A stretch of 57,213 nucleotides of DNA, filler included, from Sphacelaria rigidula (taxonomy: Eukaryota): assembly GCA_964200075.2 (NCBI GenBank). It is 8 parts of 8 records of this genome, joined end to end, with 100 filler letters (N's around TTAATTAATTAA, not from the genome) between each part and the next. Parts side by side here need not be neighbours in the genome. Positions count along the whole stretch, not along the records: positions 7,166 to 14,229 come from CAXNAA020016672.1; positions 14,330 to 21,393 come from CAXNAA020016673.1; positions 21,494 to 28,557 come from CAXNAA020016674.1; 5 more parts are not named here. One strand, 5' to 3'. Positions within the stretch are counted from its first letter, which is position 1; each line of letters begins with the position of its first letter. Below the pieces are notes generated by a model that was not told the origin of the DNA, did not search any database, and was given only the letters and a program-made list of their open reading frames with translations. This document shows positions 12,434-24,186 of the stretch, one piece after another. The position numbers were made by a program, and so were the translations under genes.

Positions 12434-13713
12434 CGAGCTGGTTCAGATTGAACGCCCAGAATTCATTCCCCGGGAATTACTCACGCCGTTTTTTTGAGTT
12501 AGACCACGAAAATTGGCACACATGTTCTTGAGGGCACAATCTAAAACTCGAAGAACGTTTTTTTTTTTTTTATGTCGAGATAGTCGGGATCTGACCCCTC
12601 CCCCGGTCAAGTAGGTCAACCGCGACCTTGGATAAAAAGCCACCAACATTTTTTTTTTAAACCCCGGTCTTCGAGTTTTAGATACTGACGTCCAGAACAT
12701 GTGTGCAAAAGTTCATGGTCTAGCTCGAAAAAATGGCGTGAGGAAATGCCAAAACGTGCGCTGAAGTATAAAAAAGTATGTAATTACTTGATTCAAGTAC
12801 AGAATCGCCCTTTTGGGGGGTTGTTTTCACGGTAAAAAACCAAGCTGATTCAGCTTTTCGAGTTGAGCAATGAAAATTGGTACACACGTTCCTTGGGATA
12901 CCACCTAACCCTACGATGTCAAAATTTTGGTGTTAAAGCATTTTGTACCGGTTTCCTGGGTTCTTTATGCTGGGACTCCCGGAAGCCGGTAGAGAACGGA
13001 GAAACTTTGAAGTCTTACCAAGAATATAATTTTTCCATTGGGAGCATCAATACATACGGAGCTGCCGAGTTTGAGGATGATCCGAGCTGTTCTCCAACAG
13101 ATGAAAGGGAAATCATCTCGAGGCTCCGTGGGTCTTTCGTACGTATCATGAGTGGAAATTGGACGACGCCAAAGCTCCACATCACCGAAATATTTCGGTT
13201 TTGGGCAAAATTTGACCCCGTCGGAACCGTTTTCATATATGTTTCTCCCGTTAGATTCCTAAGTTGATGACGGTTACTACGATTTGAATCATGTGGCGAT
13301 CAGGTGGAAATTGGGCTTGGAATTCGTATTTTCAATTTCGGAACAATTTTAAAGGCACTGATTGGTCGAAACATATTTTTGTCCATAGCGTCACCGCTGT
13401 AGCCTTAAACAAAAATCCGGCTATGTCACTCTTTTCGTCTGTTCATTGCGGTCAGTATAATACCACATTTGTGCATATTGGCTGGGTATTGCGTTCGTCG
13501 TTAGCCGGGGGATAAATTTTGGGTATTCAACCTGAACCAGCTTGTACCTCTTTCTTATGTTGCAGCAGATGCCGAGCCTGGGCCGTTTCATAATTTTTGA
13601 AAATCCTGAGCCTGGCTTTCTTAAAGGTGCGTTTCTTATGAGCGGGTCGATACTGTATCGCGCCGTGCTTCGCCTGAGCGAGATTCGCACCTACTGTTGG
13701 CTGGCCCAGCTCG
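12434..13713. mobile_element. Non-autonomous Tc1/mariner-type element (TIR CGAGCTGGGCCAG)
   Basis: TA|CGAGCTGGTTCAG ... CTGGCCCAGCTCG|TA. TIR 11/13 match with TA flanks. Confidence 0.65.
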
Positions 13714-13926
13714 TACTGTAATCTCGGGACATAAGTCCACAGCAAATGAGCATTACAATTACAAAGTGTCTTCGGAACTAAACGGTCCGACACGCGGTTA
13801 TCGCGGCACGGATGCATGGGTGCGGTACGGTGACGAACTGTTTGCATCCGTAATCGCGCGCTGTGCACTAAATCACTGTACTCCCTTGGTGAAGTACTCC
13901 CGTTACGGGGAGACCATTGTACTGTA

Positions 13927-14229
13927 CAGGCTGGACCGCCCAAGAAGCGGACTTTCCTTCAGCCGGTTCTAACTGATGATCTGTCGCGAGTTGTGCCTAC
14001 TATGACACATCGTGGTAATCTGCAAATCAACGCGCGTCTTTAACTTGACGTAGCACTGCGATCTGACGAGTTCCCATCAAACGAAATACCAAACTACAGT
14101 CAGCTGCGAAGTGTAGAGAGTTGAGGGTGGCATGTGCGGCGGAATTAGGAGAAAAAAACGGCTGAAATCGCATTTACGGTTACAGTCAGTTTGCTGCGGC
14201 CGCAAAGTAATGGTGCTGCACTAGTTGTG
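13927..14229 (+). mobile_element. Left part of Tc1/mariner-type MITE (complete copy at 56224-57189)
   Basis: TA|CAGGCTGGACCGCCCAAGAAGC followed by about 240 bp matching 56224 onward. Cut by the scaffold end. Confidence 0.75.
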
Positions 14230-14449
14230 NNNNNNNNNNNNNNNNNNNNNNNNNNNNNNNNNNNNNNNNNNNNTTAATTAATTAANNNNNNNNNNNNNNN
14301 NNNNNNNNNNNNNNNNNNNNNNNNNNNNNGGGGGGGAGAGGGGGGTGGGGGCCGTGGTGCCCTTGTTGGTGGGCGGGGGGGGGGGGGGGGGGGGGGGACC
14401 AGCATATATAACGGATGAATTCTCAGTGTCAATCAAGGGACCACCTTGT

Positions 14450-14530
14450 TTACACTGGCAACACCAGTGAGATAGCTCGTACGCTTCACGAAGAGAAGGC
14501 CCCCGGTTCAAATCCCGGATCCCACCAAAA
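14450..14530 (+). pseudogene. tRNA-Val-like fragment or SINE head
   Basis: CGCTTCACGAAGAGAAGGCCCCCGGTTCAAATCCCGG resembles the 3' half of tRNA-Val with a good B box. The 5' half does not fold as a tRNA. Confidence 0.45.
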
Positions 14531-14779
14531 TGGTAGGAATCCAAAACAAGTGGTGGATACCCTCTGAAGCAGAGTTCAAAAACTCACAGCAAATCTCCTG
14601 CGGCAATTGTTGGTTCGATGATCCAACACACGTACAAGATACTTCGAAGTATGTGAATTGAAAGGCAAGAGTCCAACCGCTAGCTGGCCAGCGTAAAAGG
14701 TTTCTCGACTCCTACAAAACCAAGAGGTTCATGAAGGGGGGGGGGGAGGTTGTGTGTGTGTGATGTGGGAACCACCACA

Positions 14780-15080
14780 TCGCACTTTGAACCCCTTCCC
14801 TTCCTCGGGACGAGTCCGTGGTCTCAAGGGATCAACCCATCTCTCCCCGATACACACCTTGCATGTTGGTCTCGCGGATTGGGTCATGACTATCAGCATT
14901 CCCGCATGGCGTCAACTCACGTCAAATAAACTCAGTCAACTACTTCATTTACTCACGTTCTCTCGCTTTCCACGGTATAATTCAGATACTAGGAAGAGAA
15001 AACCCAACGCATCGGAAATCGAACCCTCGTTCTCTCCGCCCAAGTGGCGACAGTTGGACCATTTCACCACCGGGGCGCGG
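14780..15080 (-). mobile_element. Near full-length tRNA-derived SINE
   Basis: Minus strand GCGCCCCGGTGGTGAAATGGT...GAGGGTTCGATTTCC. Inverted copy of 15491-15827. Confidence 0.9.
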
Positions 15081-15490
15081 CGGCATAGAACGGATAAAAT
15101 CCCCACAAGGAATCACCTCTTCACATATGCGTGTCATTCGTCACGCTTGCCACCCGTTCCCGCCCTCGTGGCGAGTAAGTGGTCTTAAGGTATCAACTCA
15201 TCTCTCCCCCGGTACACGCCTCACATGTTGGCATCGTGGACATGGATCAGCCCTCTCCCGCACCGCGTTAACTATTCCTCATCTACTCATGTCCTCGGAC
15301 TTTCAACGGCGAAAACTACATACTTCGTAGAAAATTTCAAACGCATATGGCAGGAACAAAAACTCACAATCTCTCTCCACCCTAATGATGGCAGTTGGAT
15401 CGATGGACCAGCGAGGCGCGACGGCGAAGTATTGTAGACAGTTTCGGAACCCGCCCCCTCACCCCACCCACCCGAAAAAATATGATAGCC

Positions 15491-15827
15491 GCGCCCCCGG
15501 TGGTGTGATGGTCCGACTGTCGCCATCAGGGTGGAAAGAACGAGGGTTCGATTCCCGATGCGTTGGGTTTTTCCTTCGTCATGTCTGATTTCCACCGTGG
15601 AAAGCGTGAGAATGTGAGTAAATGAAGTAGTCGACTGAGTTTGTTCGGCGTGAGTTGACGCGGTGCGGGAGTGCTGGTAGTCATGATCCAATCCGCGAGA
15701 CCAAAATGCAAGGCGTGTACCGGGGGAGAGATGGGTTGATCCCTTGAGACCAAGGGCTCATCCCGAGGAAGGGGAAGGGTTCAAAGTGTGACAAATGAAA
15801 TGAAATGAAAATGAATGAATGAAAATG
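15491..15827 (+). mobile_element. Full-length tRNA-derived SINE with Pol III A/B boxes and a (GAAAT/GAAT)n tail
   Basis: A box TGGTGTGATGG, B box GGTTCGATTCC, 3' end AAAGTGTGACAAATGAAATGAAATG. Further partial copies at about 15150-15420, 32390-32470, 34372-34447, 35465-35540, 39480-39555, 42200-42435, 42650-42860 and 44850-44965. Confidence 0.92.
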
Positions 15828-16440
15828 AGACATATGGGAAAAATAGACGCTAAGACGGCAAGTAGACGAGGAAGAGCACCTGAAGATATACGGGGGGCTC
15901 AGAGAGGGGATAGGGATGAAGGCATATATCTATCTGCACGGCCCAAAGGACTCCGCGAATAGGAATAGATTGAAACCGCGATTTCGGGTGGGGGACCTGG
16001 ACCTGCCGGAAACAAGAAAGAGATGGGTACCAGTCGTCGAGTGGAGGAGGAAGTATATGTACAGATTTGCCCCTGTGGCGAAGCAACAGAGAGTAGAACT
16101 CGTATAGTGGCAGAATGCGAGCTGTACAAGAAGGAACGACAAGCGTTAGAGGGGGAAATGTGGGAAGTAAACGGAGGTGGCATCGAAACGTCTGACGCAT
16201 TCGACAGTAGCAATAAAACGATGGCTATGCTAGGAGGTAGATGTGTCCACAGACGGCGAAACAGGAAGGGGATAAGATATGTAAAGTTTCATGTGTAATA
16301 TACGGAACAAACTTATTGAGCGCCCAAATGTTGGAGGTGTCTCTAGCAGGAGTAGGAACGGTGCTCCGTCTCGAAAGGGGTGCGTGGTCAATGGTCAAAC
16401 GACGATTATAAGGCAAGCAAAAAATAAGTACACCCCAACC
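15828..16440 (+). mobile_element. 3' part of non-LTR retrotransposon ORF2 (C-terminal cysteine knuckle) plus 3' end, frameshifted
   Basis: Frames give HLKIYGGLREGIGMK..YLHGP, RFRVGDLDLPE and CPCGEATESRTRIVAECELY (degenerate CCHC). Ends GGTCAATGGTCAAACGAC...AAGTACACCCC. Confidence 0.88.
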
Positions 16441-17699
16441 CTTTTGGAGGGTTGGCGTCGATTAGCAATGACGCTGTGAAACACGCCTCTCACGGCGTAC
16501 GCTAGGCGAACAGGTTACCGGTTATTTTTCGCCTTCGTTTTTTTCGGTAACCATAATGGTAGTCGAGTTAAATCACATCGTGCGGAGTGGAGAACCTCAA
16601 CTCCGAGCAAAGGGGATGATGGAGCTTCGCAGTGTTCAAATGGTGAGACACCCATGAGGCAGTGTGTAACCCGTGGCTGTCTCCGGAAGCGGCGATACCA
16701 GAAAATGAAGCAACTTTTCGGGGACTGTCATCCTCCTATGCAAGATGAACAGTACGCTTCGGGCCGAACAATTTTAGCAGGATGCAGCTCACCCTTCATG
16801 CAACTCGCCGAACGAATCACGGCGCTTCGCGGTTGGTGATTGAGTGCCCCACTCACGTGTGAAGTGACGGACCGCATATGTTACGTAGTACAGCGTGAGT
16901 TTCGTGCAGCCACGTTTTGGAGTGTCTCGGATGTCTCGAATAGAAAATGACCACCGCATCCGTACCATATTAGTATCTGTTCTGTAAGCGGTCTGGAAAT
17001 ATCGATCATCAGCTTGTGCGCTGCGACGGGTAGAATTGGGCTGGAGTTCTCGGAGGAGGTAGTAATGCTGCGGTTTACTGATTCATCCAGTCTGCTGACC
17101 CCACCGTGTATTGTTTTTGAGAGGGATGGCAGAAAACGTGTCACTCAACCAAGCAATCAAACTTTCAAGGATGGAAATCCAAACTCTGAATAATAACGGA
17201 CAATACAAGCCAAAACCGATTGTTTTAAGGGGTGGTGCGAGAGTACGCGAATACAGAAAGGAGGTAGCATGGGATGGCGAGGTCCACCGCTGCCGTGTCA
17301 AACCCCGTATCTCTGTGTTCCGCAGAGGAGGGTTTGCCCCAGCTCGTAGCTCCAAATCCGTCGTTGACACATTTTTGGAATAACCCTAGCTCTAACCCCG
17401 TCCCCAAACAAGACTATGCCGCGAACCCTCGGGAAGGGGGAATGTAAGGGGGTGCGCAAGGCAAAAGTGTCAGTTTGCAGACCTCAAATCGGCGCCACGC
17501 CACAGGTGCCGATTCGAACATAAAAAAACGTCCTGTGCACGGCAAGAGCCCTCAGGACTGTCAGTCCCACTAAAGATCCGAATATCGGTGTTTCATACTC
17601 AAATCAAGTAATACCAACTATGAATTTGGGGAATACGAGCTGAAAGTAAACGCTGCGTGTTTCGCAAGGCCGGCCGCAGCACGGACCGGTGCAATACGT

Positions 17700-17962
17700 C
17701 TGGTACAATATTACAAGGGTCGGACAAATAATGAGTCGTCTGGAAATTACTTGGTTTTAGTATAATTGATTCGAATCNNNNNNNNNNCTAGGCTTTGTTT
17801 TCAGCGTTGCATCCCAGGTACACGCAGCCCAGACACGTGGAATGGCGAAAAATTTGCGTGGATACCCCGTGGAACAGCGGTCAACTTTTTTCTCCCTTTT
17901 GGGCAAACAGGCCGAAGAAATCGTGGATTGGGTGATTCGTAGTTGTGATAATTCGTCCTAAC
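17700..17962 (+). repeat. Interspersed repeat (copies about 18985-19250, 50150-50230, 5585-5680; inverted at about 51490-51680)
   Basis: Shared TTTTCAGCGTTGCAxCCCAGG...TGGAATGGCGAAAAAxTTGCGTGGA...CAGCGGTCxACTTTTT. Confidence 0.8.
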
Positions 17963-18450
17963 CGTGCAATATAACCCCAATGTCGTAGGGATATCGGGTG
18001 TTGCTTGCAAGGCCAGACTCACAAGTCCTCCCCACGAGAAAGGCTTTGTTGACAGGGGTTGTGTGCACGGCCGATTGCGTAACACACAGGCTGTGCTGTG
18101 TTGGCTAAAAACTAAGGTAATTGGAAGCGCGTACCAGAGGGCATGGTCGAGCTGGGCTAGACACCGAGACGGGATTGGGCGGGTGGGCCGGGGTAGAGCC
18201 CGGCTGGGGTTATATGGCAGGACAGTACGTGAAGAGCAACCTCCCGCTGCACGCGGTAGCGCAGATATTGCTTCTGAAAGCTCCTCGGCCTAAATTAGGC
18301 GAGGAAAAGCACCGAATATGGATGGCGGCGGATGTTTGGCGAACAACTGGAGGTTGAATCCGCCTCCATACGGAAGGTATCGTACCGACGAACGGGTGCT
18401 TAGGTAGCGAAACGTACCCTAGGCTCTACGCCTTCCCAAGGGCGATTTGC

Positions 18451-18822
18451 TAGAGCTCGGAAATGGTACCAGTTATAACTGGGCATTATCATTATAATGG
18501 TAATCATGGTAATGGTTAAAGAAAAAAATGGATGATGGTTTCAAACCATTATTTACCGTTACCGGTTTCGCCCTCGGAAATTGCACCAAATTTAACGTAT
18601 TCTTCATATCTCGTGAAGCCAAATCGGGTAGAAAACGTGCCTCCGGCACGGCGCCTCCGGCACGGCGCCTCCAGCGCGGCCCCCTCTGCCGTGGGGGGCT
18701 TCTTGCCTTGCGGCTTCGCCGCTCGTTGACCAACCTATTCTGCACCGTTTACCTGGTTAACGGTTGTGCTACGCGTAACCATTCAAGTGGTTAATGGTTA
18801 GACAAACCATTTCCGAGCTCTA
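18451..18822. mobile_element. hAT-type MITE, 372 bp, with 8-bp TSD
   Basis: Perfect 17-bp TIR TAGAGCTCGGAAATGGT. Flanks CGATTTGC / CAATTTGC (7/8). A truncated copy lies at 21050-21393. Confidence 0.88.
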
Positions 18823-19737
18823 CAATTTGCAGTATCGACAAACGGGGGCAGGGAAGGAGGAGGCGGATGCTGCGGCTCGAGTACGGTTTGCATACTGTAC
18901 AGTATGGCCGAGTGATGAGTCGGAAACTACTTTCAGCTTTCGTCTCGCTGTATTATTTTAGCTTGGTTCTAGACTTCTGAGGTTTGCAAGGTTGCAAAGA
19001 CCGGACGAATTAATGATTCGTCCGGAAATTACTTGATTTCAGTGTACTTGATTCGTGCGGTACGAATCAATCCTTACGCTTTGTTTTCAGCGTTGCAACC
19101 CAGGCACGGGCAGCCCAGGCACATGGAATGGCGAAAAAGTTGCGTGGAGACCTGTTTGACCAGCGGTCGACTTTTTTTCTCTCTCTCGATCAAGCAGGCC
19201 TAAGAAATCGTGGATTTGGTGATTCGAATCGGCGATGATTCGTTCGAACCCTTGAATGTTATGTTCTGTAGGGCATGTGTGTGTTACCATCACATCCATT
19301 TCAGTAGACCTAAAGAAATGTACGTATACAATGGTTGATACTCGATTTGACTTGATTTCAGACTGAAGAAAGTTCTGAGAAAACTCATGATTTGGGGCAG
19401 GTGAGCAGTGGTGAGTAGTAGACCCAGCTCGTCCAGAACGTGTTTTGGTCCAAAATCGGCTCAAAGGCGTTGATTTGAGGTCTCGCACAGCACACTTTAC
19501 GTCAGAAATACTCTGCACCCCCCTTGCCCGAGGGTTCTCGGTATGCCTTGGTCGGGGTCAAGGTTAGGGTTAGCGTTAGGGTTGGCAGCATCTCCACACT
19601 ACCAAGCATTGTTTACGTACATTTCTCTAGGTCACCTCATCTATTCTGGACGCCAGTCTACACCTTTCTGTAGGCTACGTATACCGCCTGAAATTCGGGT
19701 ATTTACAGAAGTATAAATCAGGTATTGAATCGGTTAA

Positions 19738-20881
19738 CTCTTTCGGGACTGGGCCTCTAGAGCGACCAATGAGGCTTGTTGGGAATGACGTTTCCTGGAT
19801 ATGCATGGAATAGTGGCGTCATCTTGCTAAAAATCCACGTGTGTATATAACCGCAAGGTTAGAGGAAGACCGAAAGTTTCATCCAATATATTTTCAGGTG
19901 CAGGTATGAACTGTACTGTGATTTGGGTGTTGTGCGCATCAGGTAATGTACAGATGTATCAAGCAGTATGAGTCGCCGTGGAGAGCTTTCGACAGGATGT
20001 GGCGACCGCCGCCCGCCACTTGTGGCCTTGGGTATTGTCCTCGTCACCTTGCCACGCAGCCCTTTGTGGTCGGGGTGGGCCGCGATTTCCCTCTTTGTTG
20101 CAAGCCGCAATTTCTCTTCGAACGACATGGGCGTTGCGCCGCACATACAGTGCAGTACGCCTCTTCGAATGCAGCAGCAGCTGCCGCTGCATACTCCCTC
20201 ACACGTTCTGGGCAGTTTTCCGCGACGGAGATCAGCTGCCTATACACCGCTTGTTCGCTCCCGTCGATTACATACGACCCCACCGTCGCTTGTACCACCT
20301 CGACAGCGAGATACGCAGAACTCATGCAACTAGCTCCGTCTCTCGTCCCACAGCGTTGCTAGATTTAGTCGCTTTGTGAACATCACCACATATATAGTAG
20401 AGTACATTTAATCCCGAATTTCCCCGGAGCACCCTGCGTCAGTGTGATCAGCTAGGTTTTACTCTAGGATGCTGACCCCAAAAAATCGGCGGAGTGGAGG
20501 TCTGACCTATATGAAATGCAAGTAAATAATAAAAAAAAATCGGGAAACTGAGCCCCGACCACTTGGAATTTCTTTTGCTTCGAACGCTTTTTTGTGGGCC
20601 AGGGTACACATACCAACTTCGCAGTGACATCACTCCCGGCGACAGCCCCCCCGACTGGTCGTCCGGCGAAAACCCGGCGTGCTCTGTCCCGGCTTTGTAG
20701 GGATGCGAGGTCAATGGTCTTATGACTATGGCATGCATGATCATGAGTACACTGGTCGTTCGGAACTGGTCGATAAATTCCGCCTCGCCGTGATTGGGCA
20801 GATGGCTTCCAGACTTGTTTCTTTAATTATTCTACTAATACATGGTGAACCCCTTGTTACGGAAGATCAGTCCCAAAAGGG
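19738..20881. mobile_element. Non-autonomous piggyBac-type element, 1144 bp, TTAA TSD
   Basis: TTAA|CTCTTTCGGGACTG ... CAGTCCCAAAAGGG|TTAA (TIR 12/14). Confidence 0.85.
20660..20750 (+). mobile_element. Retroelement 3' end, family B, nested in the piggyBac element (other copies 28720-28830 minus, 52390-52545 plus)
   Basis: GGGATGCGAGGTCAATGGTCTTATGACTATGGCATGCATGATCATGAGTACAC. Flanked by direct repeat ACTGGTCGTYCGG next to a C run. Confidence 0.7.
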
Positions 20882-23800
20882 TTAATGAGTGCGCTACGCG
20901 TAACCATTCAACTAGTTAATGGTTAACAAAGAGACACCATTTCCGACCCCTAGAAAACACTAAACCCTGAAAAGTTGCCCACTTTGCCACGGTCCACACA
21001 TACCTGGCAAAAAACAAACAAACTGGGATTAAGCGTAAACAGTAAACGATAGAGCTCGGAAATGGTACCAGCTATAACAAGTGGCCATTATCATTATAAT
21101 GGTCATAATGGTGATGGATGGTTATATGACATTTTTGGATAATGGTTTCAAACCATTATTTACCGTTACCGGCTTTATATGCCGTTACCGGCTACGTATG
21201 CTACATATAGTCCCTGAAAATTGGCGCAAATTTAATGTACATTTTAGCTCTAGTGAAGCCAAATCACGTAAAAACATGCCTCCGGCACGGCGCCTCCAGC
21301 GGGGCCCTCCGGGGGGGGGGGGGGGGGGAGGTTTTTTTCCTCTCGGCGGGCCCGCAAAATGACCCACCCACAAATTACTTTTTTATTTTTTTTNNNNNNN
21401 NNNNNNNNNNNNNNNNNNNNNNNNNNNNNNNNNNNNNTTAATTAATTAANNNNNNNNNNNNNNNNNNNNNNNNNNNNNNNNNNNNNNNNNNNNGGGGGGG
21501 GGGGGGGGGGGTGGCCGGTGGAGCGCCCTCGGACGTGGACGGGGGGGGGGGGGGGGGGGGGCTCCGTGTCCGAAACGTTTCATCCGACAGACCCTTGCAA
21601 TGACTCGAGTTCACCGCCGAGAATCCACGATCTCTTCACGCAATACTGGATCCCGTAAAACGAGCGATTACCCCGAAAATGAAATATCGATTGATTTATA
21701 TGTATATGCGGTAAGAGTCATATAATATTCTCGTCTAGGGGAAAAAAAAACTGAAGTCCGTGCCTCGCTAGATATTGAGAGTCATTGGAAAAAAAACTTG
21801 GGCTCAATGCAACCTAGAGGAAACATGCGATTATCGGTCAGAAGTACATACAGATTGAGGGCTGCACGTGTGTACTCGAGTCATTCAGTCAAGGATATTT
21901 TGTCGACGGCGAACGGCTACAAACTGCCCTTTTCACACTCAAATATTGAGACCCATGCAACTTGCGGTAGGGGGACATCGCACCACAAACAAGTATGCTG
22001 GTATCTCGCAACCAGAGCAAACTACTGTGTTTGCCCCCGAACTCCCGATCTCATGTCTGGACATATGGGTAATGATGCGGATCGGGAAAATACGCTGGAA
22101 CGTTGTTGACAAGAGACATTTGAACGCACCTGCTTGCAACGCGAGGGTGATGGTGTATCGTTCTTTGGAGTATAAATGACTGATGTTATGTTGACCTTGC
22201 TACGTCTTGCACGGGACAAAATTGTCGATATCTCACCAACTATGCCTGACCGATCCTGCAAGCATTCAGGGGTCTCGGAGCAGCTAGCAATCTCCCAGAA
22301 TTTCGTAGGCAGTTATCTCGAAACAGCTGTTCATATACCAGAATTTCGTAGACAGGTATCTCGAAGCAGCTGGTCATATACCAGATTTATTAGCACGTGT
22401 CTTCTCCTGCATAGAGATTTTTGAAAAACCAGTCACCTTTTTTTTTCTTGTTTCGCAGATTTCAGTTTTTGTTTCACTCAGTAGCAAACAAATTCATCGC
22501 ACAACACGGGCGGTGTCGCCGAGTGCTTACTGTTGTTGCTGGAATATGCGCATGGGCTATATATATAGTATCGGAAACGCCATGACTGATCGCAGGCGCT
22601 GCTGGCCTTGTTGAAGGTCAACGGCAGAAATGGGGCATATCACACCGCACAAGTGTGACTACCCACTTGCGATATACAAGAACGTCGGGTGGACCGGCGG
22701 CATGACCAAGCCTCCAAACAGTTTCGAGATGTTTTTTTTTTTACGTTTTACTCCCACCAGTAGATCGCTAGAGGGCTTTCGAGTACGTGCCGTACATGTT
22801 TCGTCTCTATATTGTGTGTGTATGTGTTTGTATATTCCGTCTTTTTTTGTCGATTCCAGAGGGTCAAGAGAGGGGATTTGGAACTGGGTCACCCTTCTTC
22901 TTGCGCGCGCGTTAGGTGTTGTCATGCATATCTAGCACACGTCCTAGGGCCGAAGTCCATGAGAATAGGGCGGCGCGTGTACTGCGCCAAGTTGACCCAG
23001 GCTTTTAGTGGGTTCAACTCCAACGTTGCCTTGAGCAAAGCTTTCTAAGCTGTCGAGAGTCCTACCCCATATGACTGCCACACGGTGGTCTAGCCGAGCC
23101 TCTCGGTGATCGGCACATGAACCCGTTATCAAAAATCTAGCACAGGTAGCGGTGGCGGCCGTGCCTTGAGGCGAGCGCAAGCGTGACCGGATGTGTCATT
23201 CGTGAGAAGATCGTTTTTTTTTTCTTGTCTCTCGCGGGACAAAATAGACCGCTCGCTCGAGATGGAAACTTCTGGGATGACTTGCATCCCCCATGTGTTT
23301 TTCGTTTTTTCCACATGGATAAAAAATGGAAAGAGTTACGGCCGGTCAATCAAGGTTAGTCTATCTGTTGCGATCACGATGAAATCAACTCTAAGGGGGA
23401 AACATTGGAAATCCATGAGCGCCTGGGTTATCCCCGTGGAAGAGTCGGACTTCCCATGAAACATGTACCAGATGCACCGTTATTCTCGCCCAGTGTCCGG
23501 GACTCATGCATCGAACCATTGCGCAGATTGCTGGTTGGGATGCGTCCAACGCGCGTGGAAAATCTGCAGTGAATATAGTACGTTGTTCCGACGTCGGCTT
23601 TTTTATGTGTTTCCTGTCTTGTACCGTTTGTGCGCGAATGTTCATAACGACAGCTTCTCCAACGTTTTCTTCACGGGAAAGAGTTGCAACTTCGTCCCTA
23701 TTAATGATTTGTTTTTTATTAGGGATGGTGCGCATGAATCGCATGGACGAGCGCGTCACCTCGATAAACGATTTTCGGGTTGCTGCAACCTCCAGCTTTC

Positions 23801-24186
23801 GAGTGGCGTCGTCCACCCCTTCATTGGATACCAGTACATTTCATAGGCTTTCTCCCAAGATGCAGCATTTGCGTCCTAATAACGCGGCGGAATATCGAAA
23901 ACAAAACTGGGTGGAAAGGCGGAGTGACTTGCTGGCCGCAACAGGGTGGCTCATTTGTACATGATCCTACTGAATCAGACGTAAGTTATCTTGCCGCCAA
24001 CTTGAGCAATCCGCACAAGCACGTGCAGATTATCTGATGCCTTTGGTGGTCGTAGCACGTTAAAGCAACGATTCAAGATCAGAAGGAAATAATGTGAATA
24101 TCATAAGGTAATGATTCAACATACTCAAAGCGTGACTCTTGTGCTTGAACACCTTGGCTGCTGTGCTCCTGTATCGATTCTGTCAG

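Noticed and set aside
14010..14100. Hammerhead-like core CTGACGA-GTT..AAC-GAAA
   Set aside because: Stem III needs a bulge next to the cleavage site and stem I cannot form. The other copy has CCG at this position followed by a gap.
14450..14530. Functional tRNA gene
   Set aside because: Only the T arm and B box are convincing; the acceptor and D stems do not form.
23100..23170. Possible upstream WD40 exon (SAHEPVIKNL)
   Set aside because: An in-frame TGA lies immediately upstream and no phase-compatible splice sites were evident.
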